From Macrostomum lignano (taxonomy: Eukaryota): a DNA stretch of 47,572 nucleotides. Location of the stretch: contig NIVC01000865.1 of assembly GCA_002269645.1 (NCBI GenBank), forward strand, positions 1 through 47,572, in the 5' to 3' direction. This document shows, piece after piece, positions 1 to 12,933 of the stretch. The notes beneath the pieces were generated by a model, which was given only the letters and a program-made list of their open reading frames with translations, did not search any database and was not told the DNA's origin. Made by a program: the position numbers and the translations under genes. Position 1 is the stretch's first letter, and each line of letters opens with the position of its first letter.

Positions 1-650
1 AGCGTGTTGACAACGAGACCGACGCTCGATGCCATCTCGACCAGCCTGTCGATCTGGTGCTGGGCGCCTTCAACGGACGAGGACAGGAGGGCGAGGTCGT
101 CGGCGTAGCCAAGCACGCTTAGGCGCTTTTCGTCGTGGCGTCTGCGCAGCAGGAAGCCGTCATTAGCCGAGGTGAGTGCGGTCTAAAGCACCCAGTTCAG
201 CAGCAGCACGAAGAGGAACGGCGCTAGCGTGTCGCCCTGCAGAACTCCTGATGAAGTGTCGAACAGGTCAGACAGGCCACTCGCCGTCACCATAACAGCT
301 CGAGTATCGCAATACAGCGCCATGACAGCGTCGATTAGCTGCTGGGGCACCCGGTAGGCTCGAAGGACAAAGGGAAGCGCGGCTCTCAACACCGAGTCAA
401 ACGCCTTTCGAAAGTCAACGAAGATTATGATCAGCGTAGACTGGCGGATGCGCGCCTCCTCGATGACACGGCAGAGTGCGAGGATCTGTGTCACTGTACC
501 GCGTTACGGCCGGAATCCGTTCTGCTCGTACCGCAGGTACGGGTCTAGCACCGACTGCAGACGATCGAGCAGCAGCCGGTTGAAGAGCTTCGCGGAGCAG
601 GACATCAGCGAGATCCCGCGGTGGTCTTCTTTCCGCGTTATCACTGTCCC
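1..650 (-). mobile_element. Non-LTR (LINE, RTE/CR1-like) reverse transcriptase fragment, disrupted; runs off window start
   Basis: Minus strand reads RGISLMSCSAKLFNRLL..EQNGFRP, FVDFRKAFDSV, GVLQGDTLAPFLF, then LGYADDLALL at about 95-125; internal stops at about 183 and 510. Confidence 0.9.
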
Positions 651-1172
651 TGACAATTATAGCATAAATGCGGCGAAGCATGGCAGCGCTGATATCTGAC
701 AGCCTCATATCTTACACTGGTTTGCTTCAGATTTCACGAACTTTATGTGCCAAACTTGCAGACCACACAAAACCGAAGTGCACAGAGTTATATTTGATGA
801 TGCAGGAGGGACTAAGTGACGAAGATTCAGCGAAAAATCCAAGGTCTCACAGCACCAACTCACCAGCCAACTCATTAAGTATTCACAACTATTCACAACT
901 ATTCTCAGCTCACAACTATTCTAGAGTACAAGCAATAGCATAGTTAAGGAAAAGCCACGACTGTCAACCACCGATTTCCCGAGTAAAGTACGTTACTTTC
1001 AGGTCACAAACAGACATTATAAGAACAATTAAAAAGCCAATTGTTTTAATGCGTTTGAAACAAATGGATCAGCTTATTTTTTGTATTTTCTGCACAGTGT
1101 ATTTGTAATTTTATTTTTCTGAGCGCTTGCGAATCATGCGCAAATTCATACTGAAATATTTAGCTATTGTTA

Positions 1173-1230
1173 TTAGTCATGTCAATATCGCAGCTTTAAA
1201 TTTTACATCAAAAACGGAGTTGATGAGAAT
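1173..1230. repeat. Short dispersed repeat, related to the reverse complement of 26237-26295
   Basis: ttagtcatgtcaatatcgcagctttaaattttacatcaaaaacggagttgatgag vs revcomp ttagtcatgtcaaaagggcagtttgaaatttttacgttgaaccggagttcatgag. Confidence 0.4.
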
Positions 1231-1809
1231 TTTCCGGTCACTTTTGCCCGATTAAAATAACTTGATTCAAAATAAAAATACCACTGAAACTATCGCTACC
1301 TCTACTCACATTTTGGAGAATTTGGCTCGTACACCGAAGCCAGTACAAAAACAGATAATGCTGGCGTCCAAGCTAATAATTTACAGGTTTGATGATCCAA
1401 GAATAGAATAATTTGACAGCAATTGGATTTGCGATATCAAAGCAATTAAGTACACTGACTGGGTTGGCTTAGAAATTATGACAAATAATGAGCGGATTGG
1501 ATACACTGAATGAACGATATGGGTCAGGCTTGAGAATACTAATTTGGTTTGATTGCAGTACAGATAATCGTAAATCACAGTGTATAGCAATTGGAATACA
1601 GCTTAGCTACTTCCTATTGGTACTTCTTACTCTAATAACTTGCGTCGGTCTCTGAAGAATCCGAGTAGAGGAACGGAAATAGCATTTTCTGTAGAACGAA
1701 GCCAAGGCTACTTGTCAATATGAAATGAGGAGTCTATTCAGTGAGTGAGTTTTAATTAGCTCAGAGCCAACAAGGCATCTCCTATGTCGCTGCTGACTGA
1801 ACTGCGAGC

Positions 1810-4800
1810 TCATTGAATCAGCCACTGCTGTGCGGATACCGTGAGGACAGCCAGAGAGCAGACGGTTCCAGCATTGAGCCACGCCAGATCCACATTTAGT
1901 TGAGCCGACGACTTGGTCGTGGAATTGGCCATGGAATTAGCCGTGAACTTGGTCGTTGACTTCGCCTTGTTCGAGTCGTTCGAAAAAATTTTCGGCGCAT
2001 TTAGGTGGAGATGGGGGAACTTGTACGGCCTAGATAACATGGTCATAGTGCTGCTGCGAGCTGCTGACATGCTGGCCTTAGTGCCGTGGCCTCCATACCA
2101 TGGCATGCTAGTCTTAGTACGTTGGCTGGACTTGGTCACAGTGGAAGGGAGTAGGCCTAAACGCTTTTCGTCTTCAGCGGCCAAGGGCTTCTTATCTTGA
2201 ATGTACAATAAACTTCTAGACAAACTGGGCACGTTTGCAGCGGAAATGGCAATCACTGCTATCCACATTGGAGGCTCATTGAGAGCCATATACTGGCTGT
2301 AGATGTTCACCGAAGATTGGTTGGTGACAGCCAGTTCCGGACAGGAGTAATAGCTGTTTACATCGGTGCAGTTGTCTCCTGATTCTTCGTAACGAAGACT
2401 GTAGACAGGCACTTCTGTTCAAGGTAATTTGAATGTTCATAGGCATCAGTGGCTTGAAATTTTCTTGTACAAATTCATACTTCAGCTTGTATTTTAACAA
2501 TCAGCAGAGCGGTACACCTACCTGCTTTAGGCGGGAGTAGACCAGACGGATCTTCAACTGGATTCCATTTGATCTCAATTATTTTGCTTGCATATTCTCT
2601 TCTACTTATATAGGTGCCTGTGATTTTTTCAGGCACTACACGATGTTTGTCAAAGTTGGGGTCCTCCTCCTGAACAGTCAAAGTGCCGGCAGACAATTGC
2701 ATTCGAGATGGGTGCGTGACAAACACAGTGACAGCGTATTGACGAGCTTTATGCACTGCATTAAGTGGTATCTGGGCGGTGTATACTCCTTCATCTGTAC
2801 GAAGAAAATGTGAGTAAAATGAGTTTCAAATCGTTGTTTAAAACAAAAAGTTTTAATACAGCTACTAAATGTTTAGTCTTTACTCACTGCCATGTTGTTC
2901 GAAAATATCAAATCGAGCCACTTCCGTGTTGCCTGCTTCGACAACTGCGTACATGCGATACTTGTGTTGAATTTGGGATTTTGGTAACAGATACACGTCG
3001 ACACTGATTGAAGTATCATACTTGACCATTTTTACTTTTTTTGGTGACACTTCAATGATAGAATCTTTAGGAAGCCAGACAATTGGTTTTCCTGTGATAA
3101 CTATAGTAAGCTTTGAGGTCGCCTGTCTGCGAATCCGGCGTGCAAGACCGACTGCGAGATTCGCCAGCGTCCACTTTCCGCTCTGTAGGAGTGGCGGGTT
3201 TGAGGCGAGCCAATTACAATTGTTTTAGAGCCCTAAAGTTGGCGGTTCTTAAACACTGACAACTAACTGTCTCTTTTTTATGTTAAGAAGGTAACATGTA
3301 AATTGACTCAACTCACCTCAACCTCAGCATCAGGAATTTGCATTGTCACGGATCCGACTGCAACATCGACTGTGCAAACGGTGCTGCTGCCACCAGAGCA
3401 ATTAAAAGTCCTACCGCTCGGCGACCGAAGCATGAGGCGCAGAGAGCCAACCTTGGCGGGATCGCTTGGCAGAAACAGCGAGAAGACGAGGTTGCTGCGA
3501 GGACCGATGTCGAATTCCACCGGATACCGCAGGTCAGAGGGAACTTGCCTCGAATCCAGCTGTGGGAACAGGGAACAGTTCGTACGGAGTCAAACTAAGA
3601 TGGAAGAGAAATCGGAATTTTCTCGCCCTAATCTCTCTCCTATGTATCATTTTTTTCTATATAAATTAATAGAGTATAAAAGATGCATCATGTCAAACAT
3701 AGAAGATGCCTAAAGAACCTTGTAAAGGTTAGAGTTAGGGTTAAGCTGGATAGCTGAAATACTGTGGCTCATGGAGAAGCGAGGGGTTGCCGAGGTGCCA
3801 AGGATCAATTGAAAGTTGTTGGTAGGCCAAGCTAAATGTAGATCAAAAGGAGAGTTCAAAGCCGAAAGTAGTAAAAGCATGTTGAGCAAGCTTAATAAGA
3901 TAATTCACCCTAACTCACAACAACGATACTGTTCACGCCAGCGAGATCAGATTGGAGTGAAGTCATCTGCAGTATTAGTTTGGACGCTGCGAGGTCGCTG
4001 ACGACCGGACTCAATTGCGCATGACCATTGGTGCGTTCGGAAAGAATGGACATCCGCGTATCCGCCAGGTCACCGAACCGGATGGTGTGAGCTCTGAGGC
4101 TTGTTTTCGCTATAGCATCGATGGTAGCGTCCAGATCGATGCTGCATTCTTTATTTTCCTCACCATCTGAGACCAAAAGTATCTGACCACTCGATCGATT
4201 GGTTGGACTTGTTGGGTCCTCACCTAGCAGCTGGGTTATTTGATTGAGGAGTAGGGGATTCAGTCAGTGGTACCTCGCCTGAACTATGGCTTGTCTAAGA
4301 ATCTGACTGTGCGTAAATCTGTTAAATGACCAAATCACTGACCTTCATTGCCTCTTGAACAGCTTTACCAATGCAGGTCCATCCTTTTGTAGTCAGATTC
4401 GAGACGGATTGCATCAGCTGACGTCGAACAGCCGGTGAGTCAACGAGTATAAAATTTTGCAGCACAGTGGCATTGTGATCAAAGCTGATCAGGGCGCACT
4501 CTGACCCGGTCTCCAGAGTGTAGGCAATGTAATGGTTCACTGCACCAATCAAACTTTTCAATCGGTTGTCCTGAATGAATCCAAATGAGTAAGAATGAAT
4601 CAATCAATAAATAATTAATCGAGCCATCTCTATTGCGCAAGGCTTATTGAAAAAATATTCCTCTTGATCACAAAAATGTTGAGAAAGGTTCCAAAGTTGC
4701 AACGAGCACAGCATGGAATTGAGGCAAAGAAGTGATGCAACTGAGACAAAGCAAGCGGCTTCTCACCGTATCCATGCTACCGGAGATATCCATGACGATC

Positions 4801-6414
4801 ACAACGCGGCGTCTCTTGGGTTCAACCACCAGACGAACATTGAAATTCGAGTTCATTGTAGTAGCAGAGTTGATAGGCCGCAGAAAATCCTCGTGGTCTC
4901 TGATTACCTCCGCAGCGCTGCGTCGATGGCAATACTTGTTGTGTAAATTTTCGGCATCCTTGTTGTGCCTGTGCCTGGGGTCGGAGACCTTAAAGTCCGC
5001 ATCGCAGAAGCGGGTCACTCCGGCGCTGTAGGGCGCGAACAGGAACGAGGCAACGTTGGAGTACGCAGGCTCGGTCACCACGATTTTGCAGTTGGGTTCG
5101 CCGAATTTGCAGCTGCGTCCGGTTTGATTGCCGCTGGCCACTTCCGCCTTCACCTGCAGGTCCGGGTTGCAGGAAGCGAGCCTGGGAAGAACTCTGTTAA
5201 AAGGATCCTTGTTCTTCTGTATCGGGTCACCCAGTGGGGCTTCGCTGAACAGGCCCCAGCGGAACTGCGAAAAGTACAGCGCCATAGTCCTGGCCACCGC
5301 TGTGGGATGTGCGGATTGGAGTGAAGCCGTGGCAGCAATGGGGAAGAGTTGTGGCTTCTTTAAGTTTTTGGACTTTTTCAACGTGATTGATTTTTAAATC
5401 AAGAGCTACTAGATCAATTGATGCCAGCCTGAATGCGCATAAAATCCAGCCTAAATTTTCTATCAAATTTTAGAAGTTCTAATGAAGAAGTTGCAAAGTA
5501 TTATGTTTTTAGTTGTATGGAGAACTGATAGAGAACTGATCGTTTTCTATAGTAGCAGATGTTTGAATACCGTATGCTGCTATTTTGCTTGATAAGAAAG
5601 AACACTAGACTATCCTTGCTTACGGAGCAGTTTCATTATTAAATACACTCGATGATTCACTCTGCACAATCTTTATGTGCTAATTTGACTTTCTGCTCTC
5701 TGTCCAGTAGCATAAGCGCATATTTGCTTAATATTTTGTCTTGACATGCAAATATTTCAAGGAGAAAATAATGACTAGCTGCTCAATGACAAGCATCAAG
5801 AAAATTAACTAATCAAGTATCAACAGAATTCTTACGTCTGTAGACGATGCTGGCCTCGAGGCTCTTGGTCGAGAGTTTTACAATTTTTGCTTGAACTCCA
5901 CAGATGCTTTTATTCAAGACACCCTCATCAGACTCCTTGATGTCTGGAGAGACAACGAAATCCGCGTTCTCTGGCTGCTGCCACGTCGCCGGGTACAGCT
6001 GAAGCCTTGAATTGTTCAATTCAGCGAGCTTCTCACCCAGACTGTGCGGCAGCAGCACGCTGACCTCGCCGAAGCCGAGACGGCGGCCCACAGTATGGGT
6101 GAGCTTCTCCAAGATGTCCGAGGCCTCCCGAAGGGCGGTCTGAAAGGTCAAAGCAGCACTGGATATTCTCCCAGACTTCAGTTTCAATATTACACAATTA
6201 AAGCGTATATCGCATTATGCCTCACCTGCAGCACATGAAGTAGATGAGCATAGTACTTCTCCTGCACGTTGCCGTCTGCAGGTATTTGCACAAAGACTAG
6301 CAAGTCGTTATAGTAGCCGTCATCAGCGAGATGCAGTTTGCTTGACGCATCGAGCTGGATGCAAAAAGCAGCCAGAAAAGTCATGAAGATTGTGCTGGCG
6401 TTTTTTAGCCTCAT
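1810..6414 (-). CDS. CLCA: CLCA-like protein (calcium-activated chloride channel regulator family), 9 exons, 993 aa, protease motif degenerate
   Basis: Exons 6414-6226, 6139-5836, 5299-4767, 4570-4343, 4230-3919, 3559-3317, 3182-2888, 2794-2522, 2414-1810. All introns are GT-AG, phases are consistent, total 2982 nt. Signal peptide MRLKNASTIFMTFLAAFCIQLDA; CLCA-N motifs (DDGYYNDLLVFV, RWGLFSE, HNKDAENLHNKYC..RSAAEVI..EDF); vWA with MIDAS VMDISGSM and ILLVSDGEE; NEGVYT; FN3-like KWNP..YSLRY; S/T-rich stalk and hydrophobic tail. Confidence 0.85.
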
Positions 6415-6872
6415 GTTTAAGGATCCTGTGCAGATAAAAGTTGGCAGAATTTCTATACTGAGCGTTGGCTCTGCAACAGATGAACTGGGGCTGGCAGGCA
6501 ACTCAGCTCGAAGCGAAGCCGCTCCTCTCGATCTCGACCTGTACTCGCATCAGAGCCATGGGAGTTTCAGCCACAGACAGAAATTCTGCTGAGCTTAAAG
6601 CTTCGTGCATTAGTTGATTGCTGTATAAAAGTACTTTTAGACGAAACTCCAAAACAGGGCGGCTCGAGCGGCAGTAAGCGGCAAATAGTCTATGGGCCTG
6701 AGGGCGGTCAGGCTTAGGAAACAGGTTCAAGTTGAACTTGGGATAACAAAATATCAAAGCAGACAGTGCTTTTCAGTGAAAGAGTGAGAAAAGAACAAGA
6801 TGTACTTTTATTAATCGTTGTCATTCTTGAAATTAATTTAATAACAAATTAAGCCATGAGAATCAGGCAATG

Positions 6873-6909
6873 AGGCAAACAAAGCGGCGTTTGGCGAGCA
6901 AGAGGCGGA
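6873..6909 (+). repeat. Direct repeat copy 1 (partner at 7323-7359), downstream of the YR ORF
   Basis: aggcaaacaaagcggcgtttggcgagcaagaggcgga vs 7323-7359, one mismatch in 37; both preceded by ccatgag. Confidence 0.75.
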
Positions 6910-6958
6910 TAAGCTGCGCGGCAGCATAAATAGGCAGGCAGCCTCACAGTTTAAACCC

Positions 6959-7215
6959 GTTTGAAATGGTGGCTCCTTCATGTTTAACATGATGACACTT
7001 TTATGTTTGAAATGGTGGCTCTTTTATGTTTGACATGATGGCACTTTTATGTTTGAAATGGTGGCTCCTTCATGTTTAACATGATGGCACTTTTATGTTT
7101 GAAATGGTGGCTCTTTTATGTTTGACATGATGGCACTTTTATGTTTGAAATGGTGGCTCTTTTATGTTTGACATGGTGGCTCTTTTATGTTTGAAATGGT
7201 GGCTCTTTTATGTTT
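6959..7215 (+). repeat. Minisatellite of two alternating 23-bp variants, about 11 units
   Basis: gtttgaaatggtggctcttttat / gtttgacatgatggcacttttat; flanked by the 16-bp direct repeat ctcacagtttaaaccc (6943-6958, 7220-7235). Confidence 0.9.
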
Positions 7216-7322
7216 GGCTCTCACAGTTTAAACCCCATCACCCCGCACCACGTACATTGGCAAGCGACTGAACGCGACAGAGTAGTGGACACAATAAACC
7301 ATGAGGATCTGGAAAGGCAAGA

Positions 7323-7359
7323 AGGCAAACAAAGCCGCGTTTGGCGAGCAAGAGGCGGA
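7323..7359 (+). repeat. Direct repeat copy 2 (partner at 6873-6909)
   Basis: See copy 1. Confidence 0.75.
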
Positions 7360-7489
7360 GATAGCGCAACGAAGCGTTAAAGGGGGAGCAGAAAACAAAC
7401 ACCCAACCCCAAAGAGGATAAGACAGTTAGAGTTGAGACGGGAAAATTAAAAATGCGACACCATCTGACCGACCGCCCGAGACTTGCGG

Positions 7490-8130
7490 GCAACAGAATC
7501 ACCGTCACTGAAGAAGTAGCGCTTCACACAGTCAGAGCGCCAGTCACCCAGGGCCATGATATCAGGCAAGGCCACCCACCCCTTCCTGCAGGGCAAAGCT
7601 GGCCCCACCGTGCCGCAGGCTGTGGCCGGAGAAGGTGGACGGGTTGAAACCGCAGTTACGCAGTGCCTGCCGCAGAAGCGGGGTCAGCATACGAGGCTTC
7701 AAACGCAGCCTCCGCGAGCCCACGAGGTAGGAGAACAACGGGACGGTGGCGCCCATGCGATTCTGGCGCAGGTGGTGCAACACCACACTGACAGGGCACC
7801 AGGCGGCACCGGCCAGGTAGGGCAGCTGCACCGTGCGGACACGCTGGCCGAACTGGTTGGTCTTGGACCGCTGCAGCTGCAGTACCAGCCCAGAACCGGA
7901 ACAGGACAGATGGCTAGAGCGCAGCAGGTCGCCGACTCGGATCAGCTCCCACCAGGCCACCAGAAAGGCGGCGCAGAATGCAGACCACAGCTAGGTTCGG
8001 GGCGAAGCCTCGACGGGCCGCAGGGTCGCTCGCAAGCCGCCGCAGGTGAGCAGGCTCGAGCCCCGTCGCCTGCTTGGTCTGTAGCCCCAGGAAGCGCCGA
8101 GCGCCCCTTAAAAGGAACTGCAGCCGTGCC
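7490..8130 (-). mobile_element. Tyrosine recombinase of a DIRS/Ngaro/PAT-type retroelement, frameshifted remnant
   Basis: LIRVGD (R), RSKTNQ (K), WCPV, FSGHSLRHGGAS (HxxR), then after a frameshift GDWRSDCVKRY (W/Y). Confidence 0.85.
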
Positions 8131-8269
8131 GCATATCAGACAGGGTAAAAACAGAGCCCAGCAGTCCCTACACTATAGCTTTAGCACAGATACAGTGATT
8201 TGAGTTGATAAGTATAATAAGCTTGTTATATCTGCTGAGCTCATCTGCTGAAATCGTTCTGCCCGTTTA

Positions 8270-9850
8270 CATGCGTGCAGCGTTTGTGTTCCGCACTACA
8301 CCCAGATGGCCATCGACTCGCGCACCCTGCTTAGCCCGCCGCCACTCTCTTTCACTGGAGTGCCACACGAAGTAGGACGACACCTCCGTGTAGAGCAAGG
8401 ACCCAGCAAACTCTTCAATACGGCACAGCTTGAAAAATGGCGTCCACGTTGAGTCCCTCTTAAAACAAAAGCGTTCTCGCTTTTTATCTTGCGATACCTT
8501 CGTTAAAATACACGACCTGCTCCTCCGACTTGTGAACGTATAATCGGATGACCGCCATAAACCTGTTGTGCACCTGACCAGAAAGTGGAAGGAAAATATA
8601 CAGCCTTAAAGTTTCGATGGAAATTCAATTTATACTTTGACGAGGTGTTCACAGCTCTGGTTAAAAGAGCCAATAATAATTAGAATGCGAATTACTTCAA
8701 AGCCCAAGATGGTATTCACGGCTTCCATTAGACCAATTTAGCGCACGGACAGGTACTCCTTGATCTCATCACGCGGCTCATTTTCTGCCATTTGCGTCTG
8801 CTGCTAATTAACCACTGCCTGCTCTCTCGGTTCAGTAGAATTCTTATTGGCATCGACTTTGAGCAAACACGAGCAATCTGAGCAAACATGAACGCACGGC
8901 ATACAAGTGGAGGAGCAGACTAAATATGAAAACGCGCTAGCACCCACACGTGCACCCCGCCCCCCGCAACACACGCAACCCCGGACGCACCCCCCGAGCC
9001 AAGCGAGCCACCTCACCCCGCAGTTTAAACGCCCTTACCACCAACACAGTGGCAAGGGTAACAGGAACTCTTTCTGAAAGCCCTTGCTGCATTCTCCATT
9101 TTCCATGCAAGGGCACACCGGATTCTCCTGCCGCAGGGGCCATGGATCATGTGCGTCTTCACCAGCTCATAGAGCACGGGCTGCTGCTCTGAAATCTCGG
9201 CAGACACGATGTCATCGTATCGGTCCGGAGTCACCCGCTGACCGCTCGTGAGCCATAGCATATTATGGATAATTTATTTCGCAAAATATGTTTTAAAATA
9301 TCTCGCAGACTTACTAAATGTGTTCACCAGATGGTCGACGGTCAGGGTGAATCACAATTCGCGCATCTCCCAACTGCGGATCATGGCTGATTCGATGAGC
9401 GACTGCCTTCAGGCTGTGGACATAGCCGTTGCACTCGTGAAGCAGCGTCTGCAGCAGCTCCGGTAGCTCTGGCTTCACCTTCTGGCTGAGACTCTGGCGG
9501 CTTTCAAGTTCGCGATCGTTGAAATACACCTGCCAGCCATGGGGCTCAGCTGAATCCTCTGCAAACAGCGGCGCCGTGTTGTGATGCAACTGGCCGCTGA
9601 TGATGAAGCTGGGACTCCAGTCTGGTACCAACCGCAGTTTGGCTCCCAGCGACGTCAGGTGCAGCCCCGAGTTGTAACTTCTAATGTTGGTTAGGAACTC
9701 GGCACTCATTCTGCGCCGCCCCAGGTACAGATCCGCCAGCACTTGAAGCACTGTGCGTCTGGGCAGCTTCACCTCGCCTTTGGCGTAGCAGAAATTCCTC
9801 GTCTCAGAGCACCAAAGTAATGCACCGCATTGGTCGCATGCTCTGTCCAT
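8270..9850 (-). mobile_element. Helitron Rep/helicase remnant with internal deletions
   Basis: CDQCGALLW..E..FC..GEVKLP, FLTNIRSYNS..LTSLGA (9314-9850); DDIVSAEI..LYELVKTHMIHGPCG (9025-9261); DEIKEYLSVR..EA (about 8720-8790); TPFFKLC..FAGSLLYTEVSSYFVW..W.RAKQG (about 8330-8460). Confidence 0.85.
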
Positions 9851-12800
9851 TGGGCCACAGTTATGGACTGGCGCTTCAGGCCTGATTATAAGAGTTAGAA
9901 ATCTGAAGTTTAGCCTAAATTAGGAGATAGGTGGAAATTTATTAAATATGCCTAGGCGCAGTGAAGGGCGAGGCAGAAAAGCACAATGAGACCCCTAGAT
10001 AGCTATTAGAAGGGTAAACAGAAGCAGCATTAAGACGATTAATCAACTGTCAAGTCAGATTTGAATGACCGAATCTAATAAAGCCTCCCTTCCATTCCAG
10101 TGAGTAGCAACACTCCGCCGCAGGCACAATGGCGCTCAAACTGGCCGGGAAAAGCAAACCGAGGAGAGGCCCGACTTAGACAGCAATGACGTCAAAAAGA
10201 GCAATCGGCCCGTGGCACGCGTCAGAACCTGGCGAACTTTGGAGGAGAATCGCACGGCCCGCCTACGGACTTCTATCGAACCTGAAGCGGCCCAAGAAGG
10301 CGAGATCAACCCCAAGTAGCTTGACAACCGAGAGAGAGAACTGTCTAATCATCCATGGACAGAGTTAAGAGAAGGAAAACTAAGCTCTTTTTTCTGTAAT
10401 CTATTGTGATAAATAGGCAATTAGATAATAGCATGCACGGCGAGCAAATAATTAGGCCCTAGACAAACCTACTTGGAGCGTTTGGAGATTTTAAAGCTAT
10501 TAATCCTAATCGCCTATCGCCGGTCGGCGAGTCCTACCAGTCTTTCTCCAATAGCCGCAGGTACAGTACAAGAAAATAAAGAACACGAGGGAACACAAAC
10601 CGAAAGATTTAGAGAGTGATAATCCTATATGATACAAACTGATAATTGGCTAGACGATTTAATTTGATTATTCAGGCTACAGGATTCAAGCAAATTAGCG
10701 GCGCAGATAATTAGACTGATGATAACGAATAATAACGATTAATAATAATGATTATATTACGCACTGACAAGCGGATCTCAGCTTGAAGAAGAAGAAGGAG
10801 GCACCGAACACAGGACCACGGAGAAAGACTCCTATCCCCTGGCCTAAACCAGAACCTACACTCAAACGAGAGCCCTGCCGAATCGACCGTTCAACGGAGT
10901 ACCGACTAAATTCTATCGGCACTGCCCTTCAGTGTAACACTGAGGCCCTCGGGGTCGAGGCCGCGTACTTGATCAGATCCGACAGTCTCTATCTAACCGC
11001 GCTTGATAGCGACGACTTCAGACAGAAATTTGCCGTAGACGTTACGCCACAAGACTAAAGCGGTTGGGCGGGAACAAAAATATGGACCGGGGGTGATGAA
11101 TTCAGGCGCCTCAAAGCGCGAACCAAAGGGAAACAGCTAGGCCACCGGCCGGGAGACAAGACAAAACCGGGGAAGAGAGGAGAGAGGAGAGAAGGCGAGA
11201 TCCGATTGCCAAAACACACTTTCATATATAGTCAGAGTCACAACCCCTCAAAACCCCCCTCAAGCCGGGTGGTGGTCGTCTGGCCGGCCACTTGCTTAAG
11301 CCGAATTGCACTGTGCCCGCGGCGCCGGGTAGAATTGAAACTTGCCGCGTGCCAGGGTCCAGGCCGGTTCTGATTGGCTGACCGCGCAAAGCTGGGGTTC
11401 GCAGAAAACTCAACCCTCCGCTGAGTCACAAATGACGTCTGACTTCTAGCCTGTTTACGCAAAATTGATTCTAACTAGCAAGGAAAAAGTACACCAAAAA
11501 CGTATGACTAAACTAAAGCAAAATAACAATTCAATAACAATAATGCAAAACCTAACTAATAGAATACAAGGCTATCGCAAAAGATGCTCACACTACACTA
11601 TCTATCCCAAAATTTATCCAACTCAACGCATAGATTTGCAAAACCCGGAATAATCTCTAACCCACACACTTCAGTTTAAATGAAATTTTATTTTTATAAA
11701 ACAACTTGAGTTCGATAACAAATAAACTATGATGACCAGTCACGCCAATGACCTACCTATTTTGAGCAGGTCTTGCGCCAAAATGACCTAAGATACACTC
11801 TGCAGAGTTAATCTTGGCGCCTCTGCATCTACATTGGGCTCAGAAACTGGAATCGGATTAGCAAAACGTAATGACTCAATGCTCATGACGTAAAAGAATT
11901 CGGACGATTGTAATCGGCGGCTGCAAAGAGGACATACAGTACTGCAATACACTGCAAAGCTAGTCTGTCATGTTATAGCATTATAAACAAAAATTATTAG
12001 AAAACGATTTGATCAGTTAAAGATTCTTTAAAACCGATTCTCATGCATCAATTTTCTTCGAAATCAATCGCAAAACTTAGTTTTCTTAGAAACCGATCGC
12101 ATATGCTGATATTCTTAGAAGGCGAAGAAGCGAATGTAGATTCTATTCAATATGCTGATCTCATAAATAAAATTCTTGGAAACCGATCTCGTAAGTATGA
12201 TGATAAATCGCATGAAAAAATCTCAGAAACAGATTCTAGTTTTTTTCTTTTAAACCTATGTACCAAATAAACGTCAGCTAAGGCACAATGGGGGAATGGG
12301 CACACTGATCATTATTTAACGATCACTAAATATATAGCTCAGATGGTGGAATGGATCTGAGACTGGAAAGAGGCAAGGACGCTCCTGCAGCTTCCTCTGG
12401 CACTGGCACTGGCACTCGGCATGGCTCACTAATCTACCGACCCGTCTGGCCCAAGGACTACTAGATGAAGTGTTCCTAGTGATCCTTGGTCTGGCCCCGG
12501 GTGCTCATCAAACGGATGAGGAGTCCTCGAGTGACCCGATTGCTCTATGCCAGTGGACAACTGAGCATCTGTGGTGCAAAGACCTACGTAGACGCCGCCA
12601 AGGCTGGTCGTCGATTTCTGGCTATGCTACGCCGAAGAGTGCCGGCTTAACTGCTGCCTCTTAAAGCTGCTTGCGTGCGGATGAAAACAATTAGTGCACA
12701 GGGGAAGCTTGACTAATCTAATCTATTGTCATGGTCCATGCAGCTTATACGGGATTCGACCTAGCGCAATGTACGAACCCGAATCATTTTCTGTACTAAT

Positions 12801-12933
12801 TTGTAAGCTTCGATTCCGCAAGTGCCTGTTACGAGCTATGTATGGTTCCATAGTTCTCAGTGGAGCCCGATCTGCCCATCAGTTGCATTCCGACTATGAG
12901 CACTCATCAATACTCACAAAAGACCCAAACATC

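Noticed and set aside
9900-11460. LTR with primer-binding site (aataaa..ca tggcgctc) and gag-like ORFs
   Set aside because: No second LTR, poor tRNA complementarity beyond TGGCG, and no recognisable gag or pol motif; left unassigned
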